Assembly (NCBI GenBank): GCA_964016885.1 | Contig: OZ024745.1 | Location: forward strand, 123,876,001 to 123,940,000 | Length of the DNA: 64,000 nucleotides | Direction: 5' to 3' | DNA from: Eledone cirrhosa | Taxonomy: Eukaryota | In this document: positions 11,282 through 24,853 of the stretch, one piece after another | Layout: each line of letters opens with the position of its first letter | Numbering within the stretch: position 1 is the stretch's first letter | Translations under genes and position numbers: made by a program | Notes under the pieces: generated by a model | The model's input: only the letters and a program-made list of their open reading frames with translations | Told to the model about the DNA's origin: nothing | Database searches by the model: none

Positions 11282-13140
11282 CATCATCATCTTCATTGTT
11301 ATAACATCTGCTTTCCTTGCTGGTAAGGGTTGGGCGGGTCTAGATCAATGACCTGGTCTACATAGACCAGGTCATTGATCTAGACAGGCCAGGGATCTGT
11401 GTGCTGCTTATGTATGGTCTCACATTCCACCAAGTGCACAGGCGAGATTGTCATGTCTTTGACACAACTGAAAGTCCTCCCAACCCTTTGTTTGGTAAGG
11501 TTTCACCAACCACTCCACAGCATGTACTAGGGAGGATGTCATGTCTTTGACATGACTGAAGGGGCCTCACAACCCTTTGTTTGGTAAGTTATCTATGGCT
11601 GGATGCCTTTCCTATCACCAGCCACTTTGCAGCATTCACTGGGTGCATTTATCATGTAGGACACCAACACTGGGGAGGCTGTCATGTCCTTGATACAACT
11701 GAACGGTCTGCCTGACCCTTTGGCAAGCTTTCTATGGCTTGATGCCTATCACCAACCACTTTACAGCATGTACTGAGTGCATTTACTGATTATATCATCA
11801 TACACTACAGTGGCTGAGATGTCCTTGATATGACTAAAGGGTCCTCCGACCCCTTTGTTTGGCAAAACCCTCCATGGCTGGTTGCACTTCCCATCACCAA
11901 CCACTTCACAGGTGAGCAGTGGCTATTAATGTGAGAGATATAGGGTTGTGTGTGTAGTGTAATGGTGTTATGTTGTTGAAAATAGCTGTTAGTGGAAGGG
12001 GGAACATGGGAGTAAGTCAGGTCACATCGTATGCTGCAGATTGGTTTTTCTTCAGCACTGCTTAGCACAAGCCATCATAGTCTTTCGTTATTTCTGTTGT
12101 GAGGTTTAGTATTTTTAAGGTCAGTCATCACAATCTCATCCCGTGTTTTCCTGGGTCTGCCTCTTCAATGGGTCCCAGCCACTGGGGTTTCTCTGCATTT
12201 CTTTATGCACATCACATCTCCCTTCCAACACAGTCTTCTCTCTTGCACACTATATCCAATTCCTCTTATGCCAAGTTTTTCCCTCAGTTTTCTTATGCTA
12301 TGTTGTTCATACACACTAACATTACACATCCATCGCAGCATAGTGGACTCATTTCTTTTTAGCCGCCACAGGTCTTCTGCAATCAAGGGCCGTGTTTCAC
12401 TGCCATGTAGTATTGCAGTTTGCACACATCATGCAGTCTACCCTTCATTCTGTGAGAAAAGCATTTTGTTGTTAGCAGCAGTAATAGATCTCTAAACTTC
12501 TTCCAGCCTGTTCTTATCCTATCCTAGCTATCACACTTTCAACACATCCTCTCTCACTGCTAATTTGATTGCCTAGGTAGTGAAATCTATCAACAACTTC
12601 TAGGTAGTGCCCCTGCATATTCTTTGTACTCCCTTTCCCTGTGCATTGGCCACATATAAAGTCTATCTTTTCCGTTAGCCTGCCTGCAATCTCACTACAC
12701 CTCTTGTGCATCCATAATTTACATTGTGTACACCATTCTATTCACCCCTGTCTGACATATCGAACAAGATCACTTTTCTGAAGGCATTACCTTCCTGTCT
12801 TCTTTCCTACATATTAAGACTTTCATCTTTTCTAAATATACTTTTAGGCTTTTCAACTCTTGGTTCTTCTACCATGCTTGAAATTTTGTTTCTAACTCTC
12901 CTATGGATTCAGTTATAAGGACTTGGTTATCAGCACATAGTAACTCACATGGACTGCCAGTCTTAAACTCCTCAGTAATGGCCTAAAAGACAATGGTAAA
13001 CAGGAGTGGACTGAGAACTGATCTCTGGTGGACTCCCACTTCAATTTCATCACTATATTCATTACCACTGTCAATCTGCTTGTTACTCCTCTACACGTGG
13101 TCTGCAAGAACCTCTAAGCCATTCATCTACACCTAGCTTC
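11282..13140 (-). mobile_element. older RTE LINE fragment (RT C-terminus plus expanded 3'UTR)
   Basis: Minus-strand fragments ILHGSET..RLKRNESTMLRWMCNV and HKRCS..FICGQC..FHYLG; 3'UTR subrepeat about four times at 11430-11910; (CAT)n tail. Confidence 0.8.
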
Positions 13141-13819
13141 CTAATATTTTTATTTCATTGTATTATTCTCAACTTTGTTAAACCCTTTTGATTCCAAACT
13201 ACCTCCGGTTTTGTTTAGGTGGCCTCAGCCAAAATAAACTCAACAATTGATCTCCACGTGGGTCTGTCGTCGCCCCCCCCCCCCCCCCCCCCCCCCCCGC
13301 CTATTAATAGTGACTGCTTGTGGTTTCCAAAGCACTAATGAGGACACAGCTTCATAGGTGGTACGATGGCAGTGACCAGCAAATCTTACTCTCCTTTATG
13401 TACAACAGATATGCGTGGGAGACCGACGTATATCTCTCTCAAAGTCAGATGTCGCCAGCTTATGTTCTGAAGAGCAGAAGATAGATCAAAACCTCTCCTA
13501 AAGTGTAAACATCCTGTCCACTTTAGCAATTCAATGTCAATATCCTTGGTCCTCTTGAAACACTTAATGAGCTTGTAGTGAGCACTAATTTTATGTAAGA
13601 ACCCTTATGTTTTAAATACCAGATAAATAATAAGGAAGTTCGTTATATTACAGAATCCCACCAAATTCTTGATAATTTAAAAACAGTATTTTAAAATAAT
13701 AGGTAGTCTTTTAAGAAATATATGGTAACAAGTGGGTTAATGTCAATTACAGCTGTGACATACATGAAAAATAAGAGAAACAGGCACACAAAATACCATA
13801 ATGTATTGATGAGATGTCT

Positions 13820-14066
13820 CAACTTATATACAAGGTTTGGAGTTTGCCCATTTCTCTGCCATAATATACAGGGTCAGCTTATATACAAGGTTTGGAGTTT
13901 GCCCATTTCTCTGCCATAATATACAGGGTTTGGATTTTTGCCCATTTCTCTGCCATAATATACAGGGTCAGCTTATATACAGGGTTTGGATTTTTGCCCA
14001 TTTCTCTGACATAATATACAGGGTCAGCTTATATTTGGATTAACTTATATTCGAGTATATGCAGTA
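13820..14066. repeat. tandem expansion of the subterminal repeat of a pogo/Tc1-type end
   Basis: Four TTTGCCCATTTCTCTGCCATAATATACAGGG units, ending CTTATATTCGAGTATATGCAG-TA; a related end in inverse orientation at 201-260. Confidence 0.65.
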
Positions 14067-14450
14067 CATACACACTACTTCTAGATCCTTTTCGTCTTGA
14101 TTTCTGTTTTGATCTTATGGCAATGCCATAAGGCATTCAGTTGTATAACAATTAAAATTTTACTTTTCAAATCCACTCTTAGAGAAATCACTAGAGGTTG
14201 TTGTAAAGGTTGGATTATTCTTTATAATTCTGATAAGTTGTATATGAAGCCTCTAGGTTATGTTTCTAATGCAAAACGGCTTTATATTGGATTCCCACCA
14301 TCTCTCTCTCTCTCTGGTGTGCATATATGTGTGTATATATGTATATATATATATATATATATATACGACTGCTAGAGTGAACCTCTTCAAATGAAGTTGA
14401 TGTTTATTACGGTATGTCGAATATATTTATCTATAAAACTGTTTATATTG

Positions 14451-14516
14451 TATTTTGTCTGATGAAGGCATAGCATATTGTTAATATGATATCCCCGAAA
14501 TATATATAATGAAATA
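14451..14516 (+). ncRNA. minimal hammerhead ribozyme (family H1) in an insert within (TA)n
   Basis: TATTTTGT-CTGATGA-stem II-GAAA-TATATA-TA-ATGAAATA; self-complementary stem III. Confidence 0.65.
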
Positions 14517-14688
14517 AATATGGTTTTATAAATATAGTTTTCCATTTATTTAATATTGTAAATATACTCCAAGTATTTGTCGAGTGCTTTTATATCAGTT
14601 ATAAATATTTACTAGTTGTAACCCAACAATTTTAAATATAACTTTACATGTATATATATATATATATATTTATATAATGTATATAATG

Positions 14689-14721
<33 letters not shown>

Positions 14722-14825
14722 ATACATATATATACATATGTGTGTGTATATATATATATTTATGTATATATATATATATATAATGTATATATATATATGT
14801 ATTTATATATATATATTTATATTTC

Positions 14826-15769
14826 CGTTACCTGGGTGACAAAATCAGCAGTGGGGGAGGGTGCTCTGAAAGTACAGTAGCTAGAGTCAGAACTGGATGG
14901 AAAAAGTTCAGAGAGCTTATACCACTATTAGCCGCTAAAGGGTTCTCCCTAAAAATGAAAGGCAGGTTGTATAATGCTTGCATACGAACAGCAATGTTGC
15001 ATGGCAGTGAGACCTGGGCATTGTGCGCAGAGGATATACGCAGACTAGAGAGGAACGAAGCTTGCATGCTCCGCTGGATGTGTAATAGTAATATACGTGA
15101 ACGGCAAAGCATAAACGAACTAAGGAAAAAATTAGAAATAAGAGGGATCAGATGTTGTTTACTCGAGAGAAGGCTACGTTGGTACGAACACGTGATGCGC
15201 ATGAAAGTCGATAGCTGTATAACAAAGTGCAGGGCAATAAAGATAGACGGTAGCCACGGAATAGGCAGACCTAGAAAATCCTGGGACGAGCTGATAAACT
15301 CCGACCTCACACACTTACACCTCTCCAAGACAATGTCACTGGACCGAGACCTTTGGCGGTACTCAGTAATAGAGAAGACCCGCCTTACCTAAATACATAG
15401 TAAAACCTACTACAGCCAGTAGGCATCTCTAACAAAATACACCCCCGTCCCACCACCCACACCCCATCCACACAACCCCCTCCTATGTAAAGTTATGTTG
15501 GTGCCACAACATCCAGGCCGAAACAAATGAGATCGTGTAGGGGTCACAACAAAAAAACACACAGTCCACGCTGTAATGTGGCCGTGTAGGCAACACGGTA
15601 AAAACCTCCCAGTCCCACACTGTAAATGTGGTTGGTGTTAGGAAGGGCATCCAACTGTAGAAAACCTGCCAGACAGTCCTATGCGAGCAAGACGATCACT
15701 CTTGCCTCAAGTGGGAATACCCCTGTCCAAACCCATGCAACGCGGACGTTAAACGTTGATGATGATGAT
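14826..15769 (+). mobile_element. 5'-truncated RTE LINE
   Basis: ORF KGRLYNACIRTAMLHGSETW...LRWYEHVMRM...GRPRKSW; 3'UTR and (GAT)n tail; flanked by (TA)n. Confidence 0.92.
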
Positions 15770-16081
15770 ATATATAAATATATATATATATACACACATA
15801 TATGTATATATATATATATAAATACATATATATATATACATTATATATTAGAAAGATCGAGTATCGAAAAATCGGCGCACGAGTTCACGATAAACAAAAT
15901 TCGAAATGAGCGGCAGAGGGCTCAATAATTCAAATGAATCAGAGCTATAACTATTATATATATACATACATATATATATAAATACATATATATATATGTA
16001 TATACATATATATGTATATATATATGTATATATATATATTTATATACATATATGTATATACATATATGTATATATATATAT

Positions 16082-17209
16082 CATCATCATCGTTTAACGT
16101 CCATCTTCCACGCTAGCATGGGTCTGGATGGGAATTGTCCCACTTGAGGCAAGATTTGTTATCTTGCTCAGGACTGTCTGGCGGGTTTTCTACGGCTGGA
16201 TGCCCTTGCTAACACCAACCACGTTTACAGTGTGGACTGGGAGATTTTTACCGTGTTACCTACACGGCCACATTACAGCGTGGACTGTGTGTTTTTTTGT
16301 CGTGACACCTACACGACCTCATTTATTTAGGACTGAATGTTGTGGTACCAACATAGCTTTACATCGAAAGGGGTGGTGTAGATGGCGGTGGGGTTAGGGG
16401 TAGTGGGACGGGGGTGTATTTTGGTTAAGAAGTGCTTACTGACTGTACGTTTCGCTTTGTACTTGGCAAGGCGGGTTTTCTGTATTACTGTGTAGCGCCA
16501 AAGATCTCGGTCCAGTGACATTGTCTTGGAGAGGTGTAAGTGTGTGAGGTCAGAACTTATCAAGTCGTCCCAGGTTTTTCTGGGTCTGCCTACTCCGTGG
16601 CTACCATCTATTTTGATCGCCCTGCACTTTTTTATACAGCTGTCGTCTTTCATGCGCATCACGTGACTATACCAACGTAGCCTTCTCTCGAGTAAACAAC
16701 ATCTGATTCTTCTTATTCTAATTTCTCCCTTAGTTCATTTATGCTTTGCCATTCACGTATATTACCATTACACATCCAACGGAGCATGCAAGCTTTGTTC
16801 CTCTCCAGTCTGCGTATATCCTCTGCACACAATGCCCAAGTCTCACTGCCATGTACCATTGCTGTTCGTATGCAGTCATCATACAGCCTGCCTTTCATTT
16901 TTAGAGAGAACCCTTTAGCGGCCAATAGTGGTATAAGCTCTCTGAACTTCTTCCATCCCGTTCTGACTCTGGCTACTGTACTTTCAGAGCACCCTCCACC
17001 ACTGCTGATTTTGTGACCCAGGTAATGGAAGGTGTCCACTATTTCTACAGAACCATCTGTGCAATGGAATGAGCTAGTATTTGTGGGCACTTGCTGCTAC
17101 TTATTGCATTTGAGCACCGGCCACATATAAAATCTATATTCTTAGTTAGCTTACCTGTTATCCCACTACATCTTTTATGCATCCATACTTTGCATTTGGG
17201 ACATAAAAT

Positions 17210-17210
<1 letters not shown>
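16082..17210 (-). mobile_element. 5'-truncated RTE LINE
   Basis: Minus ORFs FHYLG..ARVRTGWKKFREL..HGSETW and CPKCKVWMHKRC. Confidence 0.92.
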
Positions 17211-17267
<57 letters not shown>

Positions 17268-17489
17268 GTATATATATATACGGAGGAGATGACGAAGGAC
17301 CGTGACAAGTGGAGAGAGATGCTGTGCTAAATAGGACCTATCCAACCCTTGCAAGCAGGGAAAAGTGGACATAAAATGATGATGATGTGTAAATATATAT
17401 ATATATGTATATATGTAAAAGCTTCCAACAGTAATGGTTGCATTCTTTAAGGGTATGTCAATATTTATTTATAAAACTGCTCTATATTA

Positions 17490-17554
17490 TATTTTATCTG
17501 ATGAAAGCACACCATAATTTAACTTGGTGTCCTTGAAATATATATAATGAGATA
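17490..17554 (+). ncRNA. minimal hammerhead ribozyme (family H1)
   Basis: TATTTTAT-CTGATGA-AAGCACACCA..TGGTGTCCTT-GAAA-TATATA-TA-ATGAGATA. Confidence 0.7.
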
Positions 17555-18148
17555 AATATGGTTTTATAAATATACTTTCCATTTGTTAATATCGTATATA
17601 TGTATATATATATTTATATATATGTGTATATATATATATGTGTGTGTGTGTATATGTATATATATTCCATGCTAGTGTGGAAGGTGGACGTTAAATAGCG
17701 ATGATGATATGTATGTATGTATGTATTTGAAAATAAGAGAACCCCCAAAGCAGAATGTAACAGCAATGACAAGTCAATCACTATAGATAATAACTAAGAG
17801 AATCAAGTAAATTGCCCCTAGTAATGGGGGGGGGGGGGACATCGATGTATGTATTTAGTGAACTACAGAGTAACTGGTATTAATTTATCTGGAGGCCATA
17901 ACCCTACAGAAACCAGATATAGAATGCAAATTTGACCTAACAAAATAGGTCCTTTTAGTATCTCTACATTGGTTGGGTTATAAGTTATATTTTATCTAAT
18001 AGGGTAATTGTATTTCACATGCTTTGTTTTTGGTTAGTTTAGGATTGTTGTCTTTAATTGTTGGGTAGAGCTGTGTAAGAAGAATTATATATAGTGTATC
18101 ATGCTTCTGTTGTTGTGTGGACTAAAGTCCCCATGGAAAGCTTTATGG

Positions 18149-18307
18149 CAGGTATGCAGCCCTTTACACAAAGGTTTTTACAGCCTGAACATGTCTTATC
18201 TTCATAAAATTAGTTGTAATGTGCACAATTTGTTGTCATGTGTGGCCCTCAGGCACCACATATGTGACCTATGTGGCCCCCGGGAGACCCTCAGTTTGAC
18301 ATGCCTG
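18149..18307. mobile_element. hAT (Charlie/Buster-like) MITE
   Basis: CAGG...GTTTGACATGCCTG with 8-bp TSD-like CTTTATGG/GTCTATGG. Confidence 0.7.
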
Positions 18308-18450
18308 GTCTATGGTACAAAAGTGTTTTCTTTTATGGGTTTTCATTTTAACTTTATTATTTAACTAGGAAATTATATTTGTGTTGTGTTTTTGTTGAGG
18401 TTAGACTTGTATTCTGTTGTTCAGTAGAGTTGTGTGTGTGTGTGTGTATG

Positions 18451-18491
<41 letters not shown>

Positions 18492-18508
18492 TTGTGTGTG
18501 TGTGTATA

Positions 18509-18706
18509 CGAAGTTTATCCTGAAAGTAAGGGTACTGGTGTTTTATTTAAATGTATATTAGACACACAACCCTTGGGAAGTCGTGCAGTGATTCCAACTT
18601 TTTTTCCGTCGATTGTAGCAGTACCAGAAGTCATTTTCTGTGAGTGTCCTTAGCTTGTCAGTTACATTTTTTTGTATGCTTTCCACAGTCCGAAAATGTT
18701 GACCCA
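18509..18706 (-). pseudogene. mariner transposase C-terminal remnant with terminal repeat
   Basis: [45 protein letters not shown] resembles mariner C-termini; TA-CGAAG..TCCTGAAAGTAAG end. Confidence 0.7.
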
Positions 18707-18732
18707 TGTGTGTGTATATATATATATGTATG

Positions 18733-18795
<63 letters not shown>

Positions 18796-18817
18796 CATGT
18801 ATATATGGATGTGTATA

Positions 18818-18851
<34 letters not shown>

Positions 18852-19732
18852 CATGTAAATGTATGTATATATACATGTTTATACATACATACATATGTGT
18901 GTGTATGACTGCACACATAAATGTATATGTATACTATACAGAGTCTATAGAAGTAAGTCAGTCCATACTTTCCTTTTCCCATTATACTATTTTTTTGTGT
19001 GTGTGTGATTCTCTGTTGTATGTTCTGATTCTTAACAATTATATTATTAAAACCATTAGTTTAATCCTCAAATGAACATATGCCTGCAGCACTGATAACA
19101 ACATTCCTTTAAAACTATTTTTTGACGGCATTCGTTTTAGTAACTGATGTGTGTCTTTCTATCATCTCCTTCTCAGCAGTCTTGTCATACAGGTCTGACC
19201 ATTACATATGAGTTTTCTTACTTGGTAAATACTTTTTAATATCTCTGGTATTCAAGCACTATACATATTGTCATATCAGCATAATCCTTTCATTAATAAA
19301 GCAAGAGATGTATTTCGTTTTTCTCTCAGGCAAAATGTATCAAAATCCATACATACATAAATGTATACGTACACACATGTATACATACATGCACACACAC
19401 ACATGCGTGTATGTATGTGTATGTATTTATAATACATACAGCATCAAAACTCTTGGTGTAGCAGATATGTTACAGAGTACATGAAGCTTAATGGTTTATC
19501 TCCTTGTATTTATATTTTGTTCTTGGTTTTTATTTTATATTTATATATTTTACTAATTCTAGAGCCATGTATTATTCACTGCAATTTTATTTTACCAATA
19601 TGAACACATTTTTCCTGTTTTTCTTTGTTACAAGGTAATTTAGGTCACCCTTTTGTTATAGCATTACAACCTCTTGGAAAGTTGATTTTGTGCAACTTTC
19701 AAGTTTGTTCTATTATTTATCCCTCTAACTAG

Positions 19733-19967
19733 ATGATGTTAGCAAATCCAGGTGGATATGTATAATGTAAAAATCTCTGGTGTTGTTGGCAAATCCAGGT
19801 GGATATGTTTCATGTGAAAAACTCTGGTGTTGTTGGCAAATCCAGGTGGATATGTATAATGTAAAAATCTCTGGTGTTGTTGGCAAATCCAGGTGGATAT
19901 GTTTCATGTGAAAAACTCTGGTGTTGTTGGCAAATCCATGTGGATATGTTTCATGTGAAAATCTCTG
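19733..19967. repeat. 47-bp minisatellite, ~5 units
   Basis: GGTGTTGTTGGCAAATCCAGGTGGATATGT... repeated with alternating variants. Confidence 0.9.
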
Positions 19968-20295
19968 GCTTTCTTCCCATGTATTCATAAATGCAGGAAT
20001 AGCTGTGTGGTTAAGAAGATTGCTTCACATTTATGTAGGTTCAAGTTCAGCCGTATTGCATGTGTTTCCTACTATATCTATTATATCTTCAGTTTGACCA
20101 ATGAATTTAATGTGTGGACACTGTATATAATCCCTTATATATACTGTGGGTATGTTTGTTATACATAAACACAGAATATATGCTTTCTTATATGCCTTTA
20201 TTATATATGTGCATAAGTCTGTGTTTGTTTGTTGTTTGTTTATATTCAATAACTTAGCTGTTCAACAGAAAAAGATTGGTAAAACAAGTACCAGT

Positions 20296-20506
20296 CCCTT
20301 TAGCATTTGAACTGGCCATATCCAGCCAGAATTTTCTCACCTCTTTCTATTCAAACTGGCTGTAACTGTTACTCATACTGATGTTATGGTATTGTTCTCA
20401 AAATAAATAATATCAAAATCTCATATATTCTATATTATGTGAGGTAAAGCCTTTACTGCGAAAATACAATAGTATATATAGAGTAATGTAAATGCTAAAG
20501 GGTTAA
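20296..20506. mobile_element. piggyBac-type MITE family A
   Basis: CCCTTTAGCATTT...AAATGCTAAAGGG-TTAA. Confidence 0.85.
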
Positions 20507-22492
20507 AGCAAATATAAGTACTGAACTCAATATGATTGATGGACTGTACCTGTAATTCAACTGTTATGGGTGTGTGTGCCTGTGGTATACTCAACCATGT
20601 ACATGTTAATGAGTAGGAAATCCAATTGATAGATCTGAATTTGTCAGTTTTATATAGATATTTATTTTGCATGCAAATAATCTTGTTTTGTATCTGATCT
20701 TTATTTTTTCCCTGTGATTGAAAGAACATCCAGATTTTTTATGCATTTTGTTCGAATTTATTATTAGTATCACAAATATATTTTTTTTAAATTATTTTTA
20801 CAACATAAATAATTATTATTTCTACTTTTGGCACACAACCAGCAATTTGAAGGAAAGGAAAAGGTCAATTAAATCGACCCCAATGCATTTCTGGTGCTTT
20901 ATTTTATTGACCCTGTAAGGATGAAAGGCAAAGTTAACTTCTGCAAGATTTGAATTCAGAATCTAAATAGCCGTAACTATATGCCACAAAGTATGTTGTA
21001 TGATGCTCTACAGATTCTGCCAACGTAAATAAGTATGTCTGTGAGTTTATAATAATATACTCATACAGGTGTCAACGGATTGAAAAAAATTCTAGTGTAT
21101 ATATAAACTACAAATGGCCACAATATCTCGAACCTTCAAAATCTGTAAAACATTGCACAAGGAATAACTGAAATTTCATTTCCTTTACAACCTTTCTGCC
21201 AGGAAGGTGGCCGGTCAAAGATAAACTTGAAATTAAGAGAAAGAGATAGACATACACACACACATTCACCACCACCCATACACATACCCACACACACATG
21301 AAAGGAAATGAATTTTATTGTGATAAAAAAATCTTTTTCTCAGCACTTTCCAAATGAAAATCTTATTGCTACTGGTAACTGTACACCTCTTTCTTACACA
21401 AAGGGAAATATTTCTGACAAGCAGGAAATTCCATTCTGTTGGCTTCAGTTTCTAGAATGGAAAGTAGCTACAACATGGCCAGCAATAATATATATCTCAG
21501 CCTTCTTTTTGATTGTCCTCCTCCTTATCCTATGACAGTCATTACACTATGTTTTCTTCTCCTTTCTTTGTTTAAATTTCATAAAGCTATTTGTTTTGCT
21601 TTTCTTTTTTTGTAATTTCCCTTGTGTGTCTTTTCTTTTTCAATTTTTTTTTAAAATTTAGTTCTTTTTTTTTTGTTGTTATTATTAGATTGGATTTTCC
21701 ATGGTTGTTCTTCATATTATTATTATTATTATCAGTTATCATTATCCTTATCATCATCATCATTATTATTATTATTAACAACAAAACATCTTTTTAGGTC
21801 TTTGTGCTCTCATGGAATAATTTTACAGGAAAAAAAAAGTAAAAATAATAATTATAATAAAAGGTTTTATTTAGTGTTTTCATTTCTGTTTTGAGTTCAT
21901 CATTTTCATGTTTTGACTTGTGATGTTTCCTGTTGCTAGCTACCTACTTTTCCATTCTATCTGCATTTAATGGGTGTTGAGAGGTTTTATTTTGCCATTA
22001 TTATTATAACATCATTCAAAAATATTCCAGCAGCAGCCTCATCATATTGCTCTGTTGCTACTTACCTTCATTCAAAATGCCTCTAGTATTGTACATAGAA
22101 TTGTAGGGCTCTGCTTTTTTTTTCTCTTCCCTGATCAATCCAGCCATTCTAGTACTTGTCTTTTTCTCAAACCTTCTCTCAAACCTTAGATTTTAGTGAT
22201 AAATGGTTTGCAGCAAGATTAGATTTTCACTTAAAGAATTGGATATAATCCTTTGGCTAAATTTGTTTCTACTTTTATTTATGTATGTATCTATTCATGT
22301 TGTTGTTAAGAAAGACATCTTAGTTATTCCTCGACATTGTTTAATTCCAAATGGAATGGTTAAAGTGTTCAGTATGGGATTTGGTAGATGAGACAGAGTG
22401 CAGGTGATGAGGAGAGTACATTAAATGCATTTTGGTAGGGACGGTATAGAGTTAGCATATATATATATATATATATATATAGTTTTAATATA

Positions 22493-22551
22493 GATGAGAT
22501 TCTACAGGACTAGAACTGTTTCATTCTTTAGAAATCATCAGGAATCTCATC
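22493..22551 (-). ncRNA. type I hammerhead ribozyme (family H2) in a fold-back element spanning 22482-22683
   Basis: Minus strand GATGAGATTC-CTGATGA-TTTCTAAAGAAT-GAAACAG-ttctagtc-CTGTA-GAATCTCATC: perfect 10-bp stem I, 4-bp stem III, GUA site. Confidence 0.8.
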
Positions 22552-22681
22552 TTCCTGATAATTTCTAAAGAATGAAACAGTTCTAGTCCTGTAGAATCTC
22601 ATCTATATTAAAACTTTTATACTCTGCAATGTATTGAGTACCTTACTTACTGTGGTTACCTCCGATTCAACCCGGAATAAC

Positions 22682-22731
<50 letters not shown>

Positions 22732-22787
22732 ATGTATGCATATGTATCTATCTATATATGTATGTATTATGTATATATATATATATA

Positions 22788-22967
22788 TAGTAATAATAAT
22801 AAATGTGAAGACTAAAATCCAAAGAGGGCTCAATAAGGATAAATATATATCAAATATATAAGAACCCTAGAGCAAATATTTATTAAAATAACAGATTAAA
22901 GTTTAAGCAAAGAATCGCTGCTTTCACCCTTAACGGGATCTTCTGAGTTTCAGAAGATCCCGTTAAG
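22788..22967 (-). mobile_element. Penelope-like terminal repeat (family H3) with short fold-back
   Basis: Near-identical inverted copy at 32909-33068; palindrome CTTAACGGGATCTTCTGA-GTT-TCAGAAGATCCCGTTAAG. Confidence 0.6.
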
Positions 22968-23165
22968 TGTATGTATGTATTTGTATGTATGTATGTATGT
23001 ATATATATATATATATATGTGTATATATATATGTGTATGTATATGTATGTATAAATATATATATGTGTGTGTGTGTATATACATATACACACACACACAT
23101 ATATTTATACATACATATACATACACATATATACATATATATATATATGCACACACACATATATA

Positions 23166-23739
23166 TATATCAACTAGAAATTGATTGACATATATATATA
23201 TCTAAAATAAACATATGAAACAATCACGGAATAATTTGTGTGTAAGCACACACAGCTAGGTAGGTAACTAATTAAAGTTTAACTAGAACTTTAAATATAG
23301 ATACCTTATAAATTGATTAATCTTCCTTGTATATATTTCATTAAAGAAATATATTTCACCATCAATCGATCGGTAAACCACAGTAGCCAAATCCTGGATT
23401 TTCAACAAGGGAGAAGATTTAACTATCTGTGTTTACACAGCAAATTCAAATCTGCAAATGACTAAAATACACACATCGTACCAGCTTCATCCCAGTAGGG
23501 TTATTGACAACTAGAAATAGCTGCCGAGTCCTTTCAACTGAGTTAGCTCTACAATTAAGGGGCCGTATATATATCCAAAATTAAATTATGGGTGTCATGT
23601 CAGAGAGACATGCGCCATATCCACTGTAGTTACCTACCTAACTGTGTGTGCTTACACACTTTTACAAATTATTCCCTGTGATTGTCTCATATGTTTATTT
23701 TAGATATATATATATGTCAATCAATTTCTAGTTGATATA
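23166..23739. mobile_element. insert in (TA)n with ~105-bp terminal inverted repeats
   Basis: 23166-23270 is the reverse complement of 23627-23739. Confidence 0.65.
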
Positions 23740-23885
23740 AAATACTCGGATCTATTCATTGGAATCTTGGAGCATATATATATATATATATATACATACA
23801 TATATACATATATATATGTGTGTGTGTATATGTGTGTGTGTGTATGTATATGTATGTGTGTATATATATAGACATTTAGCAGTGA

Positions 23886-24587
23886 CTAGCAGAATGGCCC
23901 GGCGTTGCTCGGGATTCTAAACATAGATTCGCATGTTTATCCCTCCTTTCTGAAACAGTACAGAGAAGTGAGGAATACCTTGGCCTGGGGATGGTGTCTA
24001 CATTTTCTGCTTATAAAAAAAATTTGTCGTAGATTACCAGGGGTTTAATTTAATTGGGTGCCTCAGAGTAAAATGTTCAACCCACGAAAGCCAAGACGAA
24101 AGGGTGAGGTAAAAAGGCAAACCGAACATGTATTTGTGTGCGCTATGGTACAATGAAAGCAATAGTTACAGAGCAGTAAGCATGTGGGACTGCAGTGGTG
24201 GAGAGCATGAAGGAATTTAGTTGGATACTTTTAAGGTTACAGGCCCTAATGTAACCAAAATGCTTTAAAAAATTGGTTTTTCGCCTGGGGTAAAAAATGA
24301 GAAAATCTTTTTTGCTCAAAATACTTTAAACGACATAATTAATGCAAATTTTGAAGAAATCGCCTGGATTATTATTCCGTTATGCCTCAAAAAAGCCTTT
24401 AAAGCCTAAAATATGCGGTTTTTCGCCTAATGCGGTCCCTAGGCCATTGAAAATTTGAAATATTTTTTGCTCAAAACACTCACACGACCATAAGTATTAC
24501 ATGTGTAAAGTTTGAAAAAATCAGTTGGGTGGTTCTCGAGTTTTAGGGAGTCAGACAGACAGACATACTCTGTTTTAGATATATAGA
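23886..24587 (-). mobile_element. non-autonomous Helitron
   Basis: A-CTAG, hairpin CCCGGCGTTGCTCGGG, 5' end TCTATATATCTAAAAC on minus; homologous to 4396-5295. Confidence 0.8.
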
Positions 24588-24853
24588 TGATGATGTCCAA
24601 CTCATACTTGCATGGAAAGTTGAGCACACCCTACAATATACTGCCAAGCATAAATAACTCTCTTCAAGACCACTTCTATCACCTGACACTTGCTCTCACA
24701 CTATGGGATGACCCTCTCCTTTGGCAAGCAATATGTAGTTTACCCTTCTCATTTTAAACTCCCACTCTCCGATTTTGGCCAAAAACAGAATGAGCACTCT
24801 AACATTTTAATGAGATAGTACTGGTGCCACGATAAAATACATGCAGCACACTT

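Noticed and set aside
13274-13298. Poly-C run (and G runs at 17826 and 39742) as G-quadruplex elements
   Set aside because: Simple homopolymers of uncertain length with no supporting context
201-14066. Inverted pogo-like ends at 201-260 and 13990-14066 as TIRs of one 13.9-kb element
   Set aside because: No matching transposase between them and the interior is ordinary mixed repeats; independent fragments are more parsimonious
18379-19075. Many overlapping ORFs rich in YI/CV/HT (also 22.6-23.2, 48.6-49.1 and 57.4-58.9 kb)
   Set aside because: Stop-free translations of (TA)n/(TG)n/(ACACT)n microsatellites
19733-19967. CRISPR-like appearance of regular repeats (also 13820-14030 and 28779-28960)
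   Set aside because: Contiguous tandem units without unique spacers, no cas genes, eukaryotic context
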